Assembly: GCA_002269645.1 (NCBI GenBank)
Contig: NIVC01002445.1
Coordinates: 62,001-126,000, forward strand
DNA from: Macrostomum lignano
Taxonomy: Eukaryota
Direction: 5' to 3'
Length of the DNA stretch: 64,000 nt
The number at the start of each line of letters is the position of its first letter. The stretch's first letter is position 1. The position numbers were made by a program, and so were the translations under genes. A model generated the notes under the pieces. That model searched no databases, had not been told where the DNA came from, and saw only the letters and a list, made by a program, of their open reading frames with translations. Positions 1-64,000 of this stretch are shown piece after piece.

Positions 1-1495
1 TTTTGCTTTTTCTAAGACACTGAACTAGTACTGTATGGTGGATTGCAGTGTAAAGATGCAAGGCCACGTAAGGCATTATCGTGCCCACTAATTTTTTTGA
101 TGAATACACTCTAGAAACTGATACGGATACTGATACACTCTAGAAAAAATATTTAAGCAATAATCATTCACCAATTCCAATTATTTCGCGTTTAGTTATG
201 TTTATAATAACTGTTTTATCGTTCACATAAGCCAAGTTTAGAAGTTTGAGCGCTTGTGCTGTTTCTTTTCCCTCTTTTTTTCCTAGCCAATTTTCCTCAG
301 TTTTTTAGACATATATTCAGTTATATTTTTTGTGCACAAGATGTTTTAAAGGAAACTGGAAGACAATTATATCATATATTGAAAGGTTGAAAGGAAATTA
401 TAAAACAATTTAGCTAATTTTGCTCAAATTTTCTACCCATTCTTTCTGCTTTAAGTTTAATTTTAGTTAGTCAATTGTAAAAAAATTAAAAACATCTTAT
501 ACCAACATCAAAAGCATGCTAAACATTAAAAATAAAGTAACTAGTATATAGTCTGCTTCTGTTCAGTATGTGAAAACTTTAGGCTTATGCATTATGAAAT
601 CAGTTGTAAATAAATATATCCATACATTTTTCCTATTGTTGCAACTATGCTTTTTTAGCTTGTAGGTATAGAAAATTACACCAGTTTTGTAGCTTACAAT
701 TGGAATATTAAGATGAACAAATGTATTAAAAAAATAAATCCAAGTATACTAAATCTAAGGTTTATATGTTTGTCCATAACGCTCTAGAGATTGCAATTCT
801 TGACCTATTGTGATCACGTTTTCGCCAAATAATAAACTAAATTTGGCTAGTTGATCTTACTTTTTAGTAGAAATTTAATCCCTTTAGCACTGAGCAATTT
901 CTTAGCCATGTTGCATGTACCATCACGAAATTTTTTTTGATTGAACAGTGCAAGTTTGAAGAAAATTGGTTGAGCTGTTTTTTCTAAAATTGATCGCATA
1001 CCAATAGATAGATACCAATAGACCATTTTTAGTATATGGAAATGTAATATTAAAGGGCTAAATTTTTTATGAACATTGAATTTAAGAAAAATAAAGTAAA
1101 ATAAATTTCTAAGTAATAAAATAAAATTATAAAATGGCCTAATTTCCTATTACTAGTTATTATATCTTTGTCTTTGCTAAAATTGATTGATATTTCATTT
1201 TTAGTGATAGTTTGTTTGAATTTTTTTGTATTTATACAAATTTATTAGGCTATTTTTTAAATATTTTATAAAATATAAAATATTTTATTAAAATATTAAA
1301 ATATTAAAATATAAAATATTTTATTTAAATATTTTATAAAAATATTTATAAAAAGAAAAAAGTTATATTTACAAAAAAAATATCTTCAATACTTTAGCTT
1401 TTTCTTAAAATCTAAAAAGCATTCATAAGGAGCAAATCAACCAAGGTTCAAAAATGTGCATTTTTTAAATATAGCAATAGCGAATGCTGCAAATA

Positions 1496-2323
1496 CGAGG
1501 GGTGTCCCAAAAGTTCCCGGAATGTCTAACGTAGCTCTTCAACAGAGCCATGAAATTTCACGCCCATGGTGTCAAATGAAAGGAAATTCTGTCACAAAGA
1601 ATACAAAGTTAAAATCATGTTGATATCTTTTTTTATTCAAGAGCTACAGCAAGAAACTTGCGCAAAGGTCAGGGGTAGTGTTACACAACCTCAACAATCT
1701 ATGGCAATAATTTTTTCATCTCCATTTTTGGAGTTTTTCATTTTGAATTCGTGCTACTGACGTGTCAGAAAGACGTGGTAGTGGCTATGGAAAAAGCAGA
1801 AATGCTCATAAAGCTAATCTGAGCTTTTGCGCGAGTGCAGATAATTCGTACCAAGCGCTTGCTTTCAACTTGAAATTTCTTTGCAAAAATGAGTTCTCTT
1901 CAGAGCCTTGAAAGTCAGCGAAGTCAAGTTTTTGCCCTTTGGTCAGTAGGATGGAGTGGAGCCAAGATTTCTGACCACTTATTCTCCATCCACGGTGAGA
2001 ACAGCCTGAAAAAAACTGCAATTTACGGATGGATCGAACGCTTTAGAGATGGCCAGTCTGCTGTGAATGAATTCAAAATGAAAAACTCCAAAAATGGAGA
2101 TGAAAAAATTATTGCCATAGATTGTTGAGGTTGTGTAACACTACCCCTGACTTTTGCGCAAGTTTCTTGCTGTAGCTCTTGAATAAAAAAAGATATCAAC
2201 ATGATTTTAACTTTGTATTCTTTGTGACAAAATTTCCTTTCATTTGACACCATGGGCGTGAAATTTCATGGCTCTGTTGAAGAGCTACGTTAGACCTTTC
2301 AGGAACTTTTGGGACACCCCTCG
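1496..2323 (+). mobile_element. Non-autonomous mariner (Tc1/mariner) foldback element/MITE with 255-bp terminal inverted arms
   Basis: TA|CGAGGGGTGTCCCAAAAGTTCC at 1494 and GGAACTTTTGGGACACCCCTCG|TA ending at 2325 (TA target duplication). Arms 1496-1750 and 2069-2323 are reverse complements with about 5 mismatches by eye. The interior encodes a mariner transposase N-terminal fragment. Confidence 0.92.
1889..2068 (+). pseudogene. Truncated mariner transposase N-terminal HTH fragment
   Basis: SQVFALWSVGWSGAKISDHLFSIHGENSLKKTAIYGWIERFRDGQSAVNE resembles the mariner N-terminal HTH (..EIH..L..VYGE..LS...VY.W..RF..G...V.D). It is cut off by the right inverted arm, so there is no DDD catalytic domain. 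Confidence 0.85.
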
Positions 2324-3363
2324 TACTTATTCAAAATTATGATATGAATAAGGACAATAATTCAATATAATTTGTGGCTAATCACATTCATAATGCCAAT
2401 TGAATATAGCATCATATACCTTTTTTAAGAGATTAAAGAAATGCAACTAAAGTGAGTTCAATTTGATATGATTTTGCATCAACTCTTGTCCTTTAATTTT
2501 TTTCTGTATCTGTATTGACAATTATATTCTTATTACACTTGAAATTAATGAGAATGCCATTTCTAAGTTGAAAATTGCCATGTGGCATCTTAGCTTTTTG
2601 TTGAGAGCCTTTATCCCCACCTTCCTTCCCTGTCAGAGCTCAAATAAATTAGAGCAGTTATCATTAAAATAGCTTTAGATATTTAAAAACATTGGCCAAG
2701 CCTAGCTTTCAGTGTGCATTGCTCGATTCAAATTAATTTGTCTAACAGAAAGTGCGACAGTTTCTTGAATTAAATATTCTCTTCCATTTTTTGCTACTTT
2801 ACTATTAAGTAGGGCGATTCTATGTTCCCTTCTCTACTCTCACTGTGTCTGCGTGTGCTTCTATAACGAATATGCGCTACTAAAATAGCAAATATTATCA
2901 GCATTGACCTGTTTGCAATCTCAAGTCTACCCCTTCTGCGCACATATTGACTGCCAGGTAAGAGAGGGAGGGCACAGTGAGATCCTTTATCAGCTGTAGG
3001 GCGTGCTTGACCCCTCCTCTCCTCTCTCTTCGCTCGTCCCTGTAGCCCTGGGTTGCATTTAATGTTAAGCGAATGCTCAGTGAGTCACAGAGATCAACAA
3101 GCCGGTTTTTTGTGACTGTTTCTAAATAACTCCCGGTTTTTTTTCGCGAATTTGCTTCTTCTGAATCAATCAGTCAAAATTAATTATTTTTTGCAGAGAA
3201 TCTAAACCAGACACTGTATAAATATTTGAAGTTTGAAGCAAGTTTGAATCACGCTTAAAAACCTGTGAGCACAGCGGCCAAAGTGATGCCGCAAGATTTC
3301 TGTCGCCAAAATTCAACTTAACGTTCCTTCCTGCGGCACTTATAATAGCTGAGGGAATTCGGC

Positions 3364-59272
<55,909 letters not shown>

Positions 59273-59299
59273 CCGCGACGCGTGAAGTCGGGGTGTCAG

Positions 59300-59590
59300 G
59301 CGTTCAGCCGTGACCAGAATGGCTAAAGAGTCATTGCAAACAGCTCACTAGTGACTCTGAATGACTTTTTAGCGACTCAAACGATTGCAAAGCGACGGAG
59401 AGGCGACTGTTGAGTCGAGAGCGCATAAAATTCGTACAAGAGTCGCTTTGCTAGCGCTTAACCTTCTACTAACTGAAGTAGACTAAATAAAGTTGTTAGA
59501 AATGCGAAATCCAGCGACTCCAGCACGCCTCAGAGACCAATCTGCGGCCCCAGAGTCGCAGACAATGAAACGCCTGAAATTGACTCTATA
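59300..59590 (+). mobile_element. Same MITE-like repeat, copy 2 (in LYST 3' UTR region)
   Basis: CCGTGACCAGAATGGCTAAAGAGTCATTGCAAACAGCTCACTAGTGACTCT is nearly identical to the start of copy 1. Confidence 0.65.
59486..59491 (+). terminator. Candidate LYST polyadenylation signal AATAAA (inside a dispersed repeat)
   Basis: First AATAAA I found after the LYST stop, about 215 nt downstream. Confidence 0.45.
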
Positions 59591-60211
59591 AGGTCATAGG
59601 TATAAATTTAATTAGGTCATGCTAAAGTGCATTGAATCTGGTCAATAATCTGCATGCTACTGATATAATTTCTCCTACAAAAAGCATAATAACGTACGAG
59701 CTATATATTACTTAGACATAGTAGTATCCAATGCAAATTAAAGCAGTTTTGTGTTGTATTTGGTTCTCAGTGCCCCGTTGCTATGTATTTGTGCCGTCAT
59801 TCCCTGTGTACATAAGCCGACTTTCCATGATTGCAAAGATTAGCCTAATCCTGCTAGTTGCTATGGAAATGCACTGACGCCTTATTGGTAAATGTTTTTT
59901 GCTTATTTGGATCGAATATTTTGTTATTTTTTATTTCCAAACTATTCTTTTTATTTTTTAAAACTGCATTACCGTTTTTCGTATCAATCGATCAATCAAA
60001 TTGCACTGTAATGAGCAGCTCCTCAATACCTGACATTATTTTGTATTGCAGTTTTCCTAAAACTTCACTTGATTCACAGCAATGCGTCTAAATACAGAGA
60101 GACTGCACTCCTTGATTCTGTAATGCCGTTGTACTATCGCAGTTTTATAATTGAAACTCCGACTGAATCTTTGAGTTGCATTTCTGACTGAAATCACATT
60201 TGGGGGCTTCA

Positions 60212-61530
60212 GTGGAGGTCAGTAACTAAACAGCTGACAAGATTGAGGTCAGTAACCAAACAGCTGACCAGATTGAGGTCAGTAACTAAACAGCTGACCA
60301 GATTGAGGTCAGTAACCAAACAGCTGACAAGATTGAGGTCAGTAACTAAACAGCTGACCAGATTGAGGTCAGTAACTAAACAGCTGACCAGATTGAGGTC
60401 AGTAACTAAACAGCTGACCAGATAATTAAAGTCAGTACCTAAACAGCTGACCAGATTGAGGTCAGTAACTAAACAGCTGACCAGATAATTAAAGTCAGTA
60501 ACTAAACAGCTGACCAGATAATTAAAGTCAGTAACTAAACAGCTGACCAGATAATTAAAGTCAGTAACTAAGCAGCTGACCAGATTGAGGTCAGTACCTA
60601 AACAGCTAACCAGATTGAGGTCAGTAACTAAACAGCTGACCAGATTGAGGTCAGTAACCAAACAGCTGACCAGATTGAGGTCAGTAACTAAACAGCTGAC
60701 CAGATTGAGGTCAGTAACTAAACAGCTGACCAGATTGAGGTCAGTAACTAAACAGCTGACCAGATTAAGGTCAGTAACTAAACAGCTGACCAGATTGAGG
60801 TCAGTAACTAAACAGCTGACCAGATGATCAAAGTCAGTAACTAAACAGCTGACCAGATTGAGGTCAGTAACTAAACAGCTGACCAGATTAAGGTCAGTAA
60901 CTAAACAGCTGACCAGATTGAGGTCAGTAACTAAACAGCTGACCAGATGATCAAAGTCAGTAACTAAACAGCTGACCAGATTGAGGTCAGTAACTAAACA
61001 GCTGACCAGATATTTAAAGTCAGTATCTAAACAGCTGACCAGATTGAGTTCAGTACCTAAACAGCTGACCAGATTGAGGTCAGTAACTAAACAGCTGACC
61101 AGATGATTAAAGTCAGTAACTAAACAGCTGACCAGATTGAGTTCAGTACCTAAACAGCTGACCAGATTGAGGTCAGTAACTAAACAGCTGACCAGATGAT
61201 TAAAGTCAGTAACTAAACAGCTGACCAGATGATCAAAGTCAGTAACTAAACAGCTGACCAGATTGAGGTCAGTAACTAAACAGCTGACCAGATATTTAAA
61301 GTCAGTATCTAAACAGCTGACCAGATTGAGTTCAGTACCTAAACAGCTGACCAGATTGAGGTCAGTAACTAAACAGCTGACCAGATGATTAAAGTCAGTA
61401 ACTAAACAGCTGACCAGATGATCAAAGTCAGTATCTAAACAGCTGACCAAATTGAGTTCAGTAACTAAACAGCTGACCAGATTGAGTTCACAGCTGACCA
61501 GATTGAGTTCACAGCTGACCAGATTGAGTT
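60212..61530. repeat. 30/33-bp minisatellite GTCAGTAACTAAACAGCTGACCAGATTGAG between the convergent genes
   Basis: Directly visible. Confidence 0.97.
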
Positions 61531-61696
61531 CAAGAGCTTAGCAATTGTATATTTAGGCGATCCTAACTGACTAAATTCCAGTATAAGTGCAGTGCATTTG
61601 CACTCGAGAAGGCATTAAGCTAAATCTATAATGTTTCCTATTTCTGCTAAGTATGTTAGCTGTGCTGATGAATCGAATTCAGTCCTAAATCTGTCA

Positions 61697-62016
61697 CTAG
61701 ACAGCCAGTCCATTGACATCCGCCTGCACTTCCGGCGGCGGCGCGGGCCAGTACTTCCTCCGGCTGAGAGAGCTGTCTCTCCTCTTGCCCAGATCTCTGA
61801 TGCTGTCGTAGAAGTTTGACAGGTGCGCCGGGGGACCGGCCGCCGCCACGAAGAGGCCGCCGCCGCTGTCTGCGGGAGAATCTGTCTGATCCTTCCCGGT
61901 GCGGCCTTCGGCACGGCAGCGTCGCCAGAGCAAGTAGGAGACACCGACAACGAGCAGCAGGAAGACAATGGCCGCTGCCACCCCGATGCCGATGTACAGG
62001 CCTGAGTCAGTGCCGC
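61697..62016 (-). CDS. ADAM-like gene: terminal exon with transmembrane helix and cytoplasmic tail (alternative acceptor 62022)
   Basis: LYIGIGVAAAIVFLLLVVGVSYLLWRRCR (TM plus basic stop-transfer); tail with NFYDSI and PAPPP; TAG at 61697-61699. Confidence 0.85.
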
Positions 62017-62024
62017 CTGCGGCT

Positions 62025-63055
62025 GGTGAACCTGAGGAGTGGGTTGGCGTGCTGGTGAACCTGAGGAGTGGGTTGGCGTGCTGGTGAACCTGAGGAGTGG
62101 GTTGGCGTGCTGGCTGAGGAGTGGGTTGGCGTGCTGGCTGAGGAGTGGGTAGGCGTGTTGGCTGAGGAGTGGGTTGGCGTGCTGGTGAACCTGAGGAGTG
62201 GGTTGGCGTGCTGGTGAACCTGAGGAGTGGGTTGGCGTGCTGGTGAACCTGAGGAGTGGGTTGGTGTGTTGGCTGAGGAGTGGGTTGGCGTGCTGGTGAA
62301 CCTGAGGAGTGGGTTGGCGTGCTGGTGAACCTGAGGAGTGGGTTGGCGTGCTGGTGAACCTGAGGAGTGGGTTGGTGTGCTGGTGGACCTGAGGAGTGGG
62401 TTGGCGTGCTGGCTGAGGAGTGGGTTGGCGTGCTGGTGAACCTGAGGAGTGGGTTGGTGTGCTGGTGGACCTGAGGAGTGGGTTGGCGTGCTGGCTGAGG
62501 AGTGGGTTGGCGTGCTGGCTGAGGAGTGGGTTGGCGTGCTGGCTGAGGAGTGGGTTGGCGTGCTGGCTGAGGAGTAGGTTGGCGTGCTGGCTGAGGAGTG
62601 GGTTGGCGTGCTGGCTGAGGAGTAGGTTGGCGTGCTGGCTGAGGAGTGGGTTGGCGTGCTGGCTGAGGAGTGGGTTGGCGTGCTGGCTGAGGAGTGGGTT
62701 GGCGTGCTGGCTGAGGAGTGGGTTGGCGTGCTGGCTGAGGAGTGGGTTGGCGTGCTGGCTGAGGAGTGGGTTGGTGTGCTGGTGAACCTGAGGAGTGGGT
62801 TGGCGTGCTGGCTGAGGATTGGGTTGGCGTGCTGGCTGAGGATTGGGTTGGCGTGCTGGTGAACCTGAGGAGTGGGTTGGCGTGCTGGTGAACCTGAGGA
62901 GTGGGTTGGCGTGCTGGTGAACCTGAGGAGTGGGTTGGTGTGCTGGTGGACCTGAGGAGTGGGTTGGCGTGCTGGCTGAGGAGTGGGTTGGCGTGCTGGC
63001 TGAGGAGTGGGTTGGCGTGCTGGCTGAGGAGTGGGTTGGTGTGCCGATGAACCTG
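62025..63055. repeat. 24/29-bp minisatellite GAGGAGTGGGTTGGCGTGCTGG.., last ADAM intron
   Basis: Directly visible. Confidence 0.97.
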
Positions 63056-63122
63056 AGGATTTAGATGTGTCCAGATTTTGTGAAAAACATTTGGGCTGTG
63101 TCTCACTGCTAAATGAGCTTAC

Positions 63123-63320
63123 TCATCATAGTGGCAGCAGTTGTGCTTGACGATTGCAAGGTGCTGCTTATCCTGACATTAAGTGATGTGCTAAAATCTA
63201 CTGGGTTGCTGCTTGTCGTCTGGCCACTGACGTCTGATACTGCTGTTGCTGCTGCTGCTGTTGTGGCTGTTGTTGTAGCAGTTGCTGTAGCTAGTGTCGT
63301 GACAGGGCTGCTGCTTGTAT
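63123..63320 (-). CDS. ADAM-like gene: Ser/Thr/Ala-rich stalk exon
   Basis: ttttcag|AT ... GATGA|gtaagc; 198 nt, phase 1/1, DTSSSPVTTLATATATTT... Confidence 0.75.
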
Positions 63321-63444
63321 CTGAAAAGTTTTGGATCAGAATTACGACAAAAATCTGATAAGTAAACCAAGAAACTTCTTAATTAAAACCTTACTACGCA
63401 CCTACCACACTCCGCATAAAATGATAACTTCTAGTGGTCCTTGC

Positions 63445-63760
63445 ATGCACCGCACTCCACATACACCCCACTCCGCACACACCCCACTCCGCACACACCC
63501 ACTCCGCATACACCCCACTCCGCATTCACCCCACTCCGCATACACCTCACTCCGCATACACCTCACTCCGCATACACCCCACTCCGCATACACCCCACTC
63601 CGCATACACCTCACTCCGCATACACCTCACTCCGCATACACCCCACTCCGCATACACCTCACTCCGCATACACCTCACTCCGCATTCACCCCACTCCGCA
63701 TTCACCCCACTCCGCATACACCCCACTCAACATTCACCCCACTCCGCATTCACCCCACTC
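63445..63760. repeat. 16-bp minisatellite CCCCACTCCGCATACA, ADAM intron
   Basis: Directly visible. Confidence 0.95.
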
Positions 63761-63794
63761 TTCGCACAGTGACAGCAGAAAAAGCCGCCCTTAC

Positions 63795-64000
63795 CGGCGA
63801 AAGCCGGCTGATTTGTAACGGAGCCGCCGGCGCCCGGCAGAAGACAGTCAGGCGGCCGAAAGCCACTGCTGCAGAAGCACTGTAGACTCTGCGTCCAGTT
63901 ACCCCGTCCATTGCAGTTTGGCAGTCCGACGCTACCGGTGATGTTGCTCCGGATGCTGGCCAACGAGGTGCAGCGAGAGTTCACGCACATCTGGGCAAAT
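63795..64000 (-). CDS. ADAM-family metalloprotease exon: end of Cys-rich domain plus EGF-like domain (continues beyond window)
   Basis: CVNSRC...CNGRGNWTQSLQCFCSSGFRPPDCLLPGAGGSV matches the ADAM EGF-like signature C.G.G.C....C.C..G..PP.C...G.GGS; donor GCCG|gtaagg. Confidence 0.8.

Noticed and set aside
1255-1350. AT-only quasi-palindromic stretch
   Set aside because: Low-complexity AT run; self-complementarity is expected from composition.
1566-2253. Duplicated MVSNERKFCHK.. ORFs at 1566 (+) and 2253 (-)
   Set aside because: Mirror translations of the mariner inverted arms, not genes.

Overview
Eukaryotic (metazoan) genomic DNA with no prokaryotic features. GC-rich, poly-Ala/Gly-laden exons and minisatellite-filled introns suggest a Macrostomum-type flatworm; this is inferred from composition only. 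The window is dominated by one complete + strand gene that I assembled by hand: LYST (lysosomal trafficking regulator, BEACH family), 23 coding exons, 3364-59272, about 3990 aa, with consistent splice phases. An intronless class A GPCR is nested antisense in LYST intron 19. The 3' end of a convergent ADAM-type metalloprotease gene occupies 61697-64000 on the - strand. Mobile DNA comprises a mariner-derived foldback element with 255-bp arms, two tRNA-headed SINE families (one CORE-like), a two-copy MITE-like repeat, a second foldback element and an LTR-like segment. Most long ORFs in the supplied track are artefacts of tandem repeats. The most striking unexplained pattern is that every intron over ~250 bp carries its own minisatellite, usually abutting a splice site. 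These arrays tend to be G-rich with donor-like motifs at 5' intron ends and C-rich with branch/acceptor-like motifs at 3' ends, and the polarity flips in the opposite-strand ADAM gene.
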